Shown: piece after piece, positions 33,386 to 44,072 of the stretch | Position numbering within the stretch: the first letter of the stretch is position 1 | Layout: the number at the start of each line of letters is the position of its first letter | Virus record (IMG/VR): IMGVR_UViG_3300032282_005588 | Location: 1 to 64,000 of that record | Length of the DNA: 64,000 bases | DNA from: a virus | Reading direction: 5' to 3' (one strand) | Program-made: the position numbers and the translations under genes | The notes under the pieces: model-generated | Databases searched by the model: none | Told to the model about the DNA's origin: nothing | The model's input: only the letters and a program-made list of their open reading frames with translations

Positions 33386-34723
33386 ATGAATACAAATAAA
33401 AATACATGCGTAATATCATGTCCTATAGATTGTTATAGTGGTTATAGTTCTCGTAGTCGTGATCTAGTTAAATCAATAATTGAATCTAAAAATGAAGAAT
33501 GGGATATAAAAATTTTACCTCAACGTTGGGGAAATTGTTCTTGGGGATTTATTGAAGATAATATTGAACAATGGGGTTTTTTAAAAAATTATCTACTACC
33601 TCAAGGTCCATTAACACAACAACCTGATATTTGGATGCAAATTACTGTTCCAAACGAATTCCAACCTATAGGAAAATACAATATAGGTATTACAGCAGGA
33701 ATTGAAACAACATTGGCTCATGGGTCTTGGATTGATGGATGTAATAGAATGAATTTAGTATTAGTATCATCTAAACATTCAAAAGATGTTTTATTAAATT
33801 CAAAATATAATAAAGTAAACCCTCAAACAAATCAATCAGAAGGTATTCTAGAATTAAAAACTCCAATAGAAGTATTGTTTGAAGGTACTGATGTTAATAT
33901 ATATAAACCAATTACTTCAACCAATAAAAATATTAACTTAAAAGATATTCCTGAGAGTTTTTGTTTTCTATATACTGGGGCTTGGTTACAAGGTGATATA
34001 GGTCAAGATAGAAAGAATACTGGGTTGTTAATTAAAGCTTTTTATGAAACATTTAAAAACCATCCATCACCTCCGGCTTTAATTTTAAAAACAAATGGCG
34101 CTAATTCATCATATATGGATAGAAGAGAAATCCTTAGAAGAATTAATATTATTAAAAGTAGTGTTATAGCTAAAACTTTACCTAAAATTTATTTACTCCA
34201 TGGGGATTTTACAGATGAAGAAATAAACGAATTATATAACAATAATAAGGTTAAAGCCATGATTAATTTAACTAAAGGAGAAGGATTTGGTAGACCATTA
34301 CTTGAATTTAGTATGGTGGGTAAACCAATAGCTACTAGTAATTGGTCAGGACATTTGGATTTTTTAAGTTCTGAAAATACATTTTTAATCGATGGTAAAT
34401 TAGAAAATGTCCATCCATCAGCATTAATGGAAAATATTATTATACCTGAATCACAATGGTTTTCTCCTGATACTATCCAAGCAAGTACGGCAATGCAAGA
34501 TATATTTTTAAATTATAAAAAATGGGAAAAATTAGCTATAAAACAAAGACAATATAATTCCGAGAACTATTGTTGGGAGAAAATGAAAGCGTTAGTAAAC
34601 GTTTATTTTAGCAAATATATACCTGAATTGCCTAAAAAAGTTCAATTGGTTCTTCCAAAATTGAAAAAAATAGAATTACCATCTTTAAAAACTAAAGAAA
34701 TCTCTTTGGAAGAGCAAAAATAA
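33386..34723 (+). CDS. GT-B (GT4-like) glycosyltransferase
   Basis: SGYSSRSR, DRKN, KGEGFGRPLLE, WSGHLDF. Confidence 0.85.
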   Translation: MNTNKNTCVISCPIDCYSGYSSRSRDLVKSIIESKNEEWDIKILPQRWGNCSWGFIEDNIEQWGFLKNYLLPQGPLTQQPDIWMQITVPNEFQPIGKYNIGITAGIETTLAHGSWIDGCNRMNLVLVSSKHSKDVLLNSKYNKVNPQTNQSEGILELKTPIEVLFEGTDVNIYKPITSTNKNINLKDIPESFCFLYTGAWLQGDIGQDRKNTGLLIKAFYETFKNHPSPPALILKTNGANSSYMDRREILRRINIIKSSVIAKTLPKIYLLHGDFTDEEINELYNNNKVKAMINLTKGEGFGRPLLEFSMVGKPIATSNWSGHLDFLSSENTFLIDGKLENVHPSALMENIIIPESQWFSPDTIQASTAMQDIFLNYKKWEKLAIKQRQYNSENYCWEKMKALVNVYFSKYIPELPKKVQLVLPKLKKIELPSLKTKEISLEEQK

Positions 34724-34740
34724 TATAATATATTAATAAT

Positions 34741-35268
34741 ATGAATGATAATTTAATTAAATGTGATAAATGTGGTGATACTTGGTGTTATGAAACCATT
34801 ATCCCTTCAATAAACCCCGATGTTCCTAACATTAAATCATATCATTGTTTTTCATGTGGTTTTATAACTAATACTTTAATGGAAAAAGGTGAAGAATTTT
34901 TTGATAAACAAATGGAAGTCCTCCCAGAACTATATAAAGATATAGCTTTTATTGATGCTAATAATAAAACATGGATTCCATCAACTACAAATATATCTAA
35001 TCAAGGTATGGTATTTATAGATGGTAAAGATAATGAAGATTGGGGATGGGCTGGGGTAAAAGCAATACCTGTTAAAGAAGAAGAAAAACATAAATATCCA
35101 ATGCCTGGTAAGAAAGGAGAGTTCTATTCTTATAGAATGGATATGAGTACATTAAAGAATTTTGGTCAGGAAGGTTATATTGAAGCTTTATGTTATGTTG
35201 GAATTATAACTGAAGAATTTATCAAATCCTTTATTCCAAAACAAGAACCTAATTATAATATTAATTAA
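34741..35268 (+). CDS. Zn-ribbon hypothetical protein
   Basis: CDKCG and CFSCGF. Confidence 0.55.
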   Translation: MNDNLIKCDKCGDTWCYETIIPSINPDVPNIKSYHCFSCGFITNTLMEKGEEFFDKQMEVLPELYKDIAFIDANNKTWIPSTTNISNQGMVFIDGKDNEDWGWAGVKAIPVKEEEKHKYPMPGKKGEFYSYRMDMSTLKNFGQEGYIEALCYVGIITEEFIKSFIPKQEPNYNIN

Positions 35269-35291
35269 ATCTATATTCATTTATATAAAAT

Positions 35292-35921
35292 ATGAGAACA
35301 TTAAAAATTTCATATGGGATAACAGTTTGTAATGAATTAGAAGAAATAAAACGTTTAATTCCATTTCTTCATGAGCATATTCGTCCTGAAGATGAAATTT
35401 GTGTTTTATTAGATAAACCAAAAGCATCTCAATCATTATTAGATATACTTTATTGGTGGTCATCAAATGATTGGATTAAATTAAAAGAAAGTATATTTCA
35501 AGGGCATTTTGCTGAATGGAAAAATGAATTAGGAGATATGTGTTCTGGAAATATAATTTTTCAACTTGATGCAGATGAAATTCCTCATATCAATTTAATT
35601 GAAAACTTACCTTTTATTTTAGGAAATAATGAATCAGATATTATATTAGTACCTAGAGTAAATATTGTATATGGGATTACTGAACAACATCTTAAAGCAT
35701 GGGGTTGGAAACAAAATGAGAAATTATGGCAACAATGGCCTGATTTTCAGTGGCGTATTTATAAAAACACTCCTAACATTAAATGGAAAAATAAAGTTCA
35801 TGAAGTTTTAGATGGATTCAAAACTTATTCTAATTTACCTGAAATGGAGGAATATGCTTTATATCACCCAAAAACAATAGAAAAACAAGAAAAACAAAAC
35901 AGTTATTATAATACATTATGA
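35292..35921 (+). CDS. GT2 glycosyltransferase
   Basis: ITVCNE, LDADE, WPDFQWR, VHE. Confidence 0.85.
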   Translation: MRTLKISYGITVCNELEEIKRLIPFLHEHIRPEDEICVLLDKPKASQSLLDILYWWSSNDWIKLKESIFQGHFAEWKNELGDMCSGNIIFQLDADEIPHINLIENLPFILGNNESDIILVPRVNIVYGITEQHLKAWGWKQNEKLWQQWPDFQWRIYKNTPNIKWKNKVHEVLDGFKTYSNLPEMEEYALYHPKTIEKQEKQNSYYNTL

Positions 35922-36736
35922 AATTATTTATAAATCACCTTAATAAAGAAAATATAGAAAGTAATCTAGAAAAATGCAAACATATTGATTTTTCACTTTT
36001 TATTGATGACGTTCCTAAATCTCAAGATGATTTATCCTCAATTAATATTTTAGTTCTTCAAGAACCAAATGAATATTTTGGTTTACATGATTATGCAATT
36101 CAAAATAAACATCTGTTTTCATTTATTTTAACTTGGGATGATAAAATGCTAAATAATTGTGAAAATGCTTTATTTTTACCATTTGGGCATACTTGGTTTA
36201 AACCAGACCAATATGAAAAAAATCATACTAAAAAATTCCAAATTTCCCATCTATGTGGAAAATTATTAAAAACATATGGTCAGTCTATTCGTCATGAGGT
36301 TTTAGCTAGAAAAAACGAAATCAAAACACCTACTAAATTCTTTGACGTTTATGGAGATAGATATAATATTGAAGATGCTAGAAAAGGAAAAGAAGAAGTA
36401 TTTGGTGATTCAATGTTTGGAGTAGCTATTGAAAATACTTCACATAATGGTTATTTTACTGAGAAAATTTTAGATTGTTTTTTACTTAAAACTATTCCTA
36501 TATATTGGGGATGTACAGACATAGGTAAATTCTTTAATAAAGAAGGTATAATAACATTTGGAAATGTAGATGAATTTATTTATATTTCAAATAATTTAAC
36601 AAAAGATTTTTATAATTCGAAAAAAGATATAATAGAAGAAAATTATCAAAAAGCACTTTATTATGTTGATTATGAACAAAATATAATAAATAAAATAACT
36701 GAGGTGTTTGAATTAAATAATTTAATACAAAAATAA
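35918..36736 (+). CDS. GT10 (fucosyltransferase-like) glycosyltransferase
   Basis: AIEN....YFTEKILDCF...TIPIYWG. Confidence 0.8.
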   Translation: MKLFINHLNKENIESNLEKCKHIDFSLFIDDVPKSQDDLSSINILVLQEPNEYFGLHDYAIQNKHLFSFILTWDDKMLNNCENALFLPFGHTWFKPDQYEKNHTKKFQISHLCGKLLKTYGQSIRHEVLARKNEIKTPTKFFDVYGDRYNIEDARKGKEEVFGDSMFGVAIENTSHNGYFTEKILDCFLLKTIPIYWGCTDIGKFFNKEGIITFGNVDEFIYISNNLTKDFYNSKKDIIEENYQKALYYVDYEQNIINKITEVFELNNLIQK

Positions 36737-36739
36737 ATT

Positions 36740-38056
36740 ATGAAAGAAATTTTAGACTTAGTTGATAAGTATATAAAAGAAAAACATTCCCAGAAAAAAT
36801 GGGAAGCTGGAAAAGATTGGGTCCAATATGCTGGACCTTATTTTTCTTCAGATGAATATGTAGCAGCGGTCAAAACATTATTAGGAGAATGGTTAGTATT
36901 AGGAGCTGAAGCAATTAAGTTTGAAACTAAATTTCCTAAATACTTTGATAAGAAATTTGGTTTACTAACTAATAGTGGCTCATCAGCTAATCTACTTATG
37001 ATGTTAGTAATGACTTCTAAACGTGGTTACAATTTACCTAAAGGAACTAAAGTAATAACACCTATAGCTGGGTTTCCAACAACAATTAATCCTATTATAC
37101 AATTAGGATTTACTCCTATATTTGTTGATATTGAATTAGAAACACTTAATCTAGACCTAGATCAAGTAGAACAAGCATGTATTGACAACCCAGACACTAA
37201 AATTATTACATTCGCACACGTATTAGGAAATCCTCCTGATATGAAACGTTTAATGGAGATAGTAGAAAAATATAAATTAATTCTATTAGAAGATTGTTGT
37301 GATGCTTTAGGATCAACTTATGAAGGTAAAAAATTAGGTTCATTTGGTGAAATGGCTTCATGCTCATTTTACCCAGCACATCACATGACAATGGGTGAGG
37401 GTGGATTTGTAGCATGTAAAGATGAAAAAACAGAACGAATTATTCGTAGTTTTAGAGAATGGGGTAGAGGATGTTATTGTGTTGGTAAACAAAACTTATT
37501 AGAAAAAGGAACATGCGATTGTAGATTTAGTAACTGGTTACCATCACTCCCAGATTATGTTTTTGATCATAAGTACACTTATGAAGAGATTGGTTATAAT
37601 TTAAAACCAATTGAATTACAAGCATCTATTGGTTTAGTACAAATAGAAAAACTAAAAGATATAGGTGAAAAAAGAAGAGAAAACTATACTAATTTATTTA
37701 AAGTATTTTCTAAATATGAAAAATATTTTCACTTACATAGAGCACAACCAGGATCAGACCCAGATTGGTTTGCATTCCCCGTAACAGTTAGAGATGATGC
37801 TCCATTCAAACGATCAGATATTTGTCAGTTCTTTGAAGCAAATAAAATCCAAACAAGACCATATTTTGCAGGAAATATTATGTTACAACCTGCTTACGCT
37901 GGATTAATGGATCCTAAAGAAGTTATAGAAAAATATCCTGTAGCTAGAAAAGTAACAACTGATACATTCTTTTTAGGAACAAGTCCAGTTATTAATAAAG
38001 AAAAAATAGATTACATTGAAACAATTTTAGATAAGTTTATAAATGAATACAAATAA
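36740..38056 (+). CDS. rfbH: NDP-4-keto-6-deoxyglucose 3-dehydrase (RfbH/DdhC, E1)
   Basis: NSGSSANL, GFPTT, EDCCDALG, SFYPAHHMTMGEGG (His in place of the Schiff-base Lys), WGRGCYC...C Fe-S motif, DHKY, GYNLK. Confidence 0.88.
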   Translation: MKEILDLVDKYIKEKHSQKKWEAGKDWVQYAGPYFSSDEYVAAVKTLLGEWLVLGAEAIKFETKFPKYFDKKFGLLTNSGSSANLLMMLVMTSKRGYNLPKGTKVITPIAGFPTTINPIIQLGFTPIFVDIELETLNLDLDQVEQACIDNPDTKIITFAHVLGNPPDMKRLMEIVEKYKLILLEDCCDALGSTYEGKKLGSFGEMASCSFYPAHHMTMGEGGFVACKDEKTERIIRSFREWGRGCYCVGKQNLLEKGTCDCRFSNWLPSLPDYVFDHKYTYEEIGYNLKPIELQASIGLVQIEKLKDIGEKRRENYTNLFKVFSKYEKYFHLHRAQPGSDPDWFAFPVTVRDDAPFKRSDICQFFEANKIQTRPYFAGNIMLQPAYAGLMDPKEVIEKYPVARKVTTDTFFLGTSPVINKEKIDYIETILDKFINEYK

Positions 38057-38858
38057 TGTTAACTTTTTAATAGGTGGTAAATTAGGTGATTTTTTACTTG
38101 CATTATATGGTGTTAGAGGTTATTGTGAATCTAATAATAAAAAAGCAACTATATATATGATTGATATAGGGTGGGATTTTGGGATAAATAATACATATGA
38201 AGCTTTAAAAAATATTATTTTAAATCAAGTATATGTAAATGATTTTAAAATATTAAATAAAGAAGATTATTATTTAGATCCTATTCAAACCCCTTCTAAA
38301 AATAGTCCTATAATAATTTATAATAAAAATTTACTAAAAGAAGGATATATTTCAAATGATTATTTAAATTCACCTTATCTTTATAAAAAATGTTGGCCCA
38401 TAATATTCAGTCATTTATATAATTTTAATATAAAAAAACCAACAATATGGATTAAATATGACCAAATAGATAATAAATTTAAGAATAAAATAATCATACA
38501 TCGAAAATACGCCCCAGAAAGATTTAATAATCAATTTCCATATGAATTAATTATAGAAAAATATAAAGACAACATTATATTTGTATCTACAACAATAAAC
38601 GATTATGAAAAATTTCCATATAAAAATAATATTGAATTTCATCAAATAAAAAATATTGAAGAATGGTTCACAATAATAAATTCTTGTTCAATATTTGTAG
38701 GTAACTTAACTGCGCCTATAGTGATAGCAGATTCTATGAATAAACTACGTATAGTAGAATTACCCCATAATGAAGATGCATATCACTGGATAGGAGCAGA
38801 ACAATACTCAGACACAATTAAGTGGTTTTTAACAGATCAATATCACAATTTAAACTAA
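38043..38858 (+). CDS. GT9-like glycosyltransferase
   Basis: GKLGDF N-terminus; FVGNLTAP..IA. Confidence 0.5.
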   Translation: MNTNNVNFLIGGKLGDFLLALYGVRGYCESNNKKATIYMIDIGWDFGINNTYEALKNIILNQVYVNDFKILNKEDYYLDPIQTPSKNSPIIIYNKNLLKEGYISNDYLNSPYLYKKCWPIIFSHLYNFNIKKPTIWIKYDQIDNKFKNKIIIHRKYAPERFNNQFPYELIIEKYKDNIIFVSTTINDYEKFPYKNNIEFHQIKNIEEWFTIINSCSIFVGNLTAPIVIADSMNKLRIVELPHNEDAYHWIGAEQYSDTIKWFLTDQYHNLN

Positions 38859-38865
38859 TAATAAA

Positions 38866-39510
38866 ATGTTACACAATTACTCTATTAATCAAGATGGTAT
38901 TATAAAACAAGATAAAATAATACATCAAATCCAACCTTACAATGTAGATTATGTTAATACAAGATACAATACATATGGTGAAAAAGGTTTACAAATGGCT
39001 TTCTACAGGTTAGGTTTTATTTTAGGACATATAAAATTTATCCCTAATTCTATACTTGATATAGGATATGGTAATGGTGATTTTTTAAAAGTAGCAAAAT
39101 CTATAGTACCAAATTGTTATGGTAATGATATTACTGATTATCCTCTTCCTGATGGAGTTGATTTTATCAACGATATAATGACACAACATTATGATGTTAT
39201 AACATTTTTTGATGTATTAGAGCATTTTGAAAACATAGAATTTATATCAAATCTTAAATGTAATTATATTGTTATAAGTTTACCATGGTGTTATAATTTT
39301 AATGATGAATGGTTTGAAAATTGGAAACATAGAAGACCTGATGAACATTTATGGCATTTTAATGATAAATCACTAATAGCATTTTTTGATCGTATGGGTT
39401 ATAATTTAATATCTATAACTAATTTTGAAGATGCTATTCGTAAAGATAATAATGCTTTGAAATATAATTATAATAATATATTAACTGGTGTATTTAATAA
39501 AAGAAACTAA
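38866..39510 (+). CDS. class I SAM-dependent methyltransferase
   Basis: ILDIGYGNG, FFDVLEH, EHLWHF. Confidence 0.85.
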   Translation: MLHNYSINQDGIIKQDKIIHQIQPYNVDYVNTRYNTYGEKGLQMAFYRLGFILGHIKFIPNSILDIGYGNGDFLKVAKSIVPNCYGNDITDYPLPDGVDFINDIMTQHYDVITFFDVLEHFENIEFISNLKCNYIVISLPWCYNFNDEWFENWKHRRPDEHLWHFNDKSLIAFFDRMGYNLISITNFEDAIRKDNNALKYNYNNILTGVFNKRN

Positions 39511-39521
39511 TTTTATATAAT

Positions 39522-40472
39522 ATGACAAAAGTAGTATATATAACAGGTTGTTTAGGATTTATAGGATCTTATGTAACAAAAATGTGTCTTGAAAAAGGTT
39601 GGTATGTTAAGGGTATTGATAAAATAACATATGCCGCTAATAAAGATTTATTAAATGAGTTTAAACAATTTCCTAACTTTTCATTTGTATATTGTGATAT
39701 AAATGATTTAAAATTTTTATATGATTGTGATTATATTATTAATACAGCAGCTGAAACTCATGTTGGTAATAGTATAGCAAGTAGTACTGAGTTTGTTAAA
39801 TCAAATATAGATGGTGTTCATAATATTTTAGAATTAATTAAAAATCATAGAGGTGAAAATGTTAAAAAACCTACTCTTATTCATTTTAGTACAGATGAAG
39901 TATATGGAGATATTGAAGAAGGAGCCCATACTGAAAATGATTTATTAAAACCATCAAATCCATATTCAGCAACTAAAGCAGCAGCGGATATGTTAGTAAT
40001 GGCTTGGGGTAGAACACATAAAGTACCTTATGTTATTGTTAGACCGACTAATAATTATGGAGCAGGACAATATGTAGAAAAACTTATTCCTAAAGCATGT
40101 AAATATATTAAATTAGAAAGAAAAATACCATTACATAATAATGGAACACCAATCCGAAATTGGTTACATGCTCAAGATACAGCTGATGCAGTTATCACTA
40201 TAATTGAAGCTGGGGTTGAAAATGAAATATATAATATATGCGGAGGATTTGAACAATCTAACATCACTACAGTAGAAAAAATACTTAAAGAATATTTTGG
40301 AGATATAGATCCTTATAATTATATTGATACGTCCTATAGTAGAAAAGGACAAGATGTTAGGTATGCTTTGGATGATTCTAAATTAAGAATGTTAGGTTGG
40401 GAACCTAAAAAACAATTTGATCAAGAACTAAAATATATAGTAGAATATTATAAAAATAAATTTATATGGTAA
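39522..40472 (+). CDS. rfbB: NDP-glucose 4,6-dehydratase (RfbB/RmlB-like)
   Basis: TGCLGFIG, DKITYA, AAETHV, STDEVYG, YSATK, NNYG. Confidence 0.88.
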   Translation: MTKVVYITGCLGFIGSYVTKMCLEKGWYVKGIDKITYAANKDLLNEFKQFPNFSFVYCDINDLKFLYDCDYIINTAAETHVGNSIASSTEFVKSNIDGVHNILELIKNHRGENVKKPTLIHFSTDEVYGDIEEGAHTENDLLKPSNPYSATKAAADMLVMAWGRTHKVPYVIVRPTNNYGAGQYVEKLIPKACKYIKLERKIPLHNNGTPIRNWLHAQDTADAVITIIEAGVENEIYNICGGFEQSNITTVEKILKEYFGDIDPYNYIDTSYSRKGQDVRYALDDSKLRMLGWEPKKQFDQELKYIVEYYKNKFIW

Positions 40473-42217
40473 AGATTAGTGATGTAATAGCAGATTTTTT
40501 AGTAAAACAAGGAATCGAGGTTGTTTTTGGGATTATAGGATCAGCCAATTCATATATTTACAATTCTATTGATAAACAAACTAATATTAAACTTATACCT
40601 ACTCATCATGAGCAGGCAGCTGTGATGGCTATGGGAGCTTATTATAGAGCCACAGGTAAAATGGCGGCTGCTTTAGTTACAGCAGGAGGAGGTTCATCAA
40701 ACGCTTTCACAGGGATATTATCAAATTGGGCAGATTCTATTCCTGGTATTATAATAGCAGGTCAAGAACAAACTTATTATATTGATGAATATAAAGATAT
40801 GAGAATGTATGGTATTCAGGGTTATGATTCAGTAGAAACTTATAAAAATTGCACTAAATTGTCTGTTCGTATAACTAAAGAAAATATAAAGGAAATGTTA
40901 TCTTTAACATATACTGTTACAAATAGTAAAAGACCAGGTCCAGTGTATTTAGAAGTTCCATTTGATATTCAAAGCCAAATGGTTGAAAATACAGACTATC
41001 CTACATTTAATTACTATGATACTGAGCCAATTGAAGAAGCAGAATATATCGCTTATAAATTATGTAAAGCTAAACGCCCATTAATTTTAGGAGGACATGG
41101 AGTAAAATTATCACATGCTGAATCTTTATTTGAAAAATTTATTACTGAACATAATATACCTACAGTATTAAGTTGGTCAGCGGTTGATTTATTAGCAACA
41201 GATAATATAAATAATTTTGGTAGACCTGGTGTTCAAGGTCAAAGAGCAGCTAATTTCATTATACAAAATTGTGACTTATTAATTGTATTAGGTAGTAGAT
41301 TATCTCTTTTACAAACAGGTTATTCAAGAAATGATTTTGCTCCTAACGCGGAAATTATTCATGTTGATATTGATCCAACTGAAACTAAGAAATTTAATGG
41401 AAAAAATTATAACATAGATGTTAATTTATTGCTAAAAGCTCTTAATAAACTTGAATCTAATATTAAATTAGATATTCAATCTTGGAGAGATTATTGTAAT
41501 AAAATGAAAACAAATTATCCATTAGTAATACCTGAACATTTAGCTGATCCAACTAACTCATATACTTTTATAGATAAACTTTCTAAAGCATTACCTGATA
41601 ACTATACTATTGTAACAGATATGGGAACTGCTTTATTAAGTGGATTTTATGGATTTAATATTAAACCAAACCAAAAAATGTTTACATCATTAGGTCTAGG
41701 AGAAATGGGTTATGGATTAGCAGCGGCTGTAGGAGCAGGATTTGGAGATAAACCAGTAATATGTTTAAATTGTGATGGAGGAATGATGATGAATTTACAA
41801 GAACTGCAAACAATCAAAACACATAATCTACCAGTTAAAATTGTCATTTTTAATAATGATGGTTATCTTATGATTAAACATACACAGAAAATGCTATTTC
41901 AAGGTCATAAAACATGTGTTGATAAGAGTACAGGTGTTGAACTTCCAAACTATAAAAAAGTAGCAAAAGCTTTTAATTATAATTATTATACTGAAGATCA
42001 AATGGATAATTTTTTAAATGATCCATCTCAAGCTATAATGGAAGTATTTATGGATCCTAATCAAGAATTTATACCAAAAGTAAAAGGTATGAAACAACAA
42101 GATAATACTATTAAAGCAGGATTATTAGAAGAAATGTCTCCTCTTCTTCCAATTGAAAAAATAGAAGAAGCAATGATATCAGGAATTAATGAACGAAGTA
42201 AACAAGCAATAAGATGA
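40466..42217 (+). CDS. ThDP-dependent acetolactate-synthase-like carboligase (YerE-like)
   Basis: HHEQAA.MA, RPGPV, GLGEMGYGL, DGGMMMNLQEL...NN. Confidence 0.85.
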   Translation: MVKISDVIADFLVKQGIEVVFGIIGSANSYIYNSIDKQTNIKLIPTHHEQAAVMAMGAYYRATGKMAAALVTAGGGSSNAFTGILSNWADSIPGIIIAGQEQTYYIDEYKDMRMYGIQGYDSVETYKNCTKLSVRITKENIKEMLSLTYTVTNSKRPGPVYLEVPFDIQSQMVENTDYPTFNYYDTEPIEEAEYIAYKLCKAKRPLILGGHGVKLSHAESLFEKFITEHNIPTVLSWSAVDLLATDNINNFGRPGVQGQRAANFIIQNCDLLIVLGSRLSLLQTGYSRNDFAPNAEIIHVDIDPTETKKFNGKNYNIDVNLLLKALNKLESNIKLDIQSWRDYCNKMKTNYPLVIPEHLADPTNSYTFIDKLSKALPDNYTIVTDMGTALLSGFYGFNIKPNQKMFTSLGLGEMGYGLAAAVGAGFGDKPVICLNCDGGMMMNLQELQTIKTHNLPVKIVIFNNDGYLMIKHTQKMLFQGHKTCVDKSTGVELPNYKKVAKAFNYNYYTEDQMDNFLNDPSQAIMEVFMDPNQEFIPKVKGMKQQDNTIKAGLLEEMSPLLPIEKIEEAMISGINERSKQAIR

Positions 42218-43077
42218 AAATAAAAGCAGCAATATTAGGTACAGGTAATATAGGTACAGATTTATTACTTAAAGCCTTAAAAACAGACTTTATTGAAATA
42301 GTAGCTTTTGTAGGACGAAGATTAGATTCAGATGGGATGATAATAGCTATAAATAAAGGAATTAATACATCAGATCAAGGAATAAATTATTTTATTAATA
42401 ATCCAAAATGTTGTGATGTAGTTTATGATTGTACAAGTGCTTTAGATGCATGTGAACATGCTAAAATATTTAAAGAACAAGGAATAAAAGTAATTGACTT
42501 AACACCAGCTAAAGTAGGTGATATGTGTGTTCCTGATATAAACTCAGAAATTATATTAACTGATATGAATGTTAATATGATTACTTGTGGAGGACAAGCA
42601 TCAATGCCTATGTTACATCTTTTATCAAAATATTGTAAAGGATTAGAATATATTGAGATTGTATCTCAAATAGCCTCTAAAAGCGCTGGAATGGCTACTC
42701 GAATCAATGTTGATAATTATATTAATACAACAAAAAAAGCTATTACTAAATTTACAGGATGTAATAATACAAAAGTTATTCTTAATCTTAATCCAGCTGA
42801 ACCTTGTGTTGATATGCAGACTACAATTTTTATTAAAACAAAACATATTGAATTTAAAAATTTAACTGAAAAATTATTGGATAAAATTGAGGAATTAAAA
42901 ACATATATTCCTTATTATGAATTAGTACTTCCACCAACAATGAATGAAAATGGTATTGTAGTATTAAGTATAAGAGTAAAAGGTACAGGAGATTATTTAC
43001 CTGAATATGCTGGTAATTTGGATATTATAAATTGTGCAGCTATAAAAGTAACAGAAAAATTAAAAGAAACTCTATGA
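42214..43077 (+). CDS. acylating acetaldehyde dehydrogenase (DmpF/MhpF-like)
   Basis: GTGNIGTDL, DLTPA, NMITCGGQA, SAG.ATR.N, YAGNLDII. Confidence 0.92.
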   Translation: MKIKAAILGTGNIGTDLLLKALKTDFIEIVAFVGRRLDSDGMIIAINKGINTSDQGINYFINNPKCCDVVYDCTSALDACEHAKIFKEQGIKVIDLTPAKVGDMCVPDINSEIILTDMNVNMITCGGQASMPMLHLLSKYCKGLEYIEIVSQIASKSAGMATRINVDNYINTTKKAITKFTGCNNTKVILNLNPAEPCVDMQTTIFIKTKHIEFKNLTEKLLDKIEELKTYIPYYELVLPPTMNENGIVVLSIRVKGTGDYLPEYAGNLDIINCAAIKVTEKLKETL

Positions 43078-44072
43078 AAAAAATTATTATAACTGATTCA
43101 AGTCTTAGAGATGGAAATCATAGTGTTAAACATACTATAAGTTTAGATAGTATTGAAAAATATTGTCAATTTGCTGATAAAGCAGGAATACCAATTGTTG
43201 AAGTAGGACATGGAAATGGTTTAGCAGCTTCATCTTTATTGATAGGAAAATCTCCTAATACTGATAAAGAAATGCTTACAGTTGCTAGAAAAAATTTAAA
43301 AAATAGTAAATTAGGAGTACATACTATTCCTGGGTTATCTACAATAGATGATGCAAAAGCTGCTATTGATTATGGAGTTGATGTTTTTAGGGTTGCAACT
43401 CATTGTACTGAAGCTACATTATCAAAATCTCATATAGAATATCTTGCTAAAACTGGTAAAACAGTTTATGGAGTACTAATGATGAGTGCTTTAATAAGCG
43501 CTGATGAATTAGTTGAACAAGCTAAAATAATGGAAAGTTATGGGGCTGAAGCTATTATTATTATGGATTCAACTGGGACATATTTACCAAATGATGTAGA
43601 AGAAAGAATTAAAAAATTAAAAGCTTATACTGATATTAAAGTAGGGTTTCATGCTCACAATAATTTAGGATGTGCTATTGCAAATTCATTAACAGCAGTC
43701 GAGTGTGGAGCTGATTTAATTGATGCTTGTATTCGGGGATTTGGAGCGGGAGCTGGGAATGCTTCATTAGAATTATTACTTCCAGTATTAGAAAAGAGTG
43801 GATTTGAAACAGGAATTGATTTTAAAGAAACAATTAAAGAAGCAGATCACGTAATGGATTATTTAGTCCCTGAAGCCCCAATTATTACCCCAATTAATGT
43901 TTTAACAGGCTTAACCAAACTATTCTCAGGATTTGAGAAACCAATTATTAAAGCATCTAAAATATATGGTATTGAATATTCTTCTTTGATATTTGAATTA
44001 GGCAATAGAAAATTAGTAGCAGGGCAAGAGGATTTAATATTAGAAATAGCTCAAAATCTAAAAAACAAATGA
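43074..44072 (+). CDS. 4-hydroxy-2-oxovalerate aldolase (DmpG/MhpE-like)
   Basis: LRDGNH, EVGHGNGL, HCTEA, GFHAHNNLG, GAGAGN, GQED; ATG at 43074. Confidence 0.92.
   Translation: MKKIIITDSSLRDGNHSVKHTISLDSIEKYCQFADKAGIPIVEVGHGNGLAASSLLIGKSPNTDKEMLTVARKNLKNSKLGVHTIPGLSTIDDAKAAIDYGVDVFRVATHCTEATLSKSHIEYLAKTGKTVYGVLMMSALISADELVEQAKIMESYGAEAIIIMDSTGTYLPNDVEERIKKLKAYTDIKVGFHAHNNLGCAIANSLTAVECGADLIDACIRGFGAGAGNASLELLLPVLEKSGFETGIDFKETIKEADHVMDYLVPEAPIITPINVLTGLTKLFSGFEKPIIKASKIYGIEYSSLIFELGNRKLVAGQEDLILEIAQNLKNK

Noticed and set aside
42214-44072. Aromatic-degradation auxiliary metabolic genes
   Set aside because: No other meta-cleavage genes; translationally coupled within a nucleotide-sugar operon
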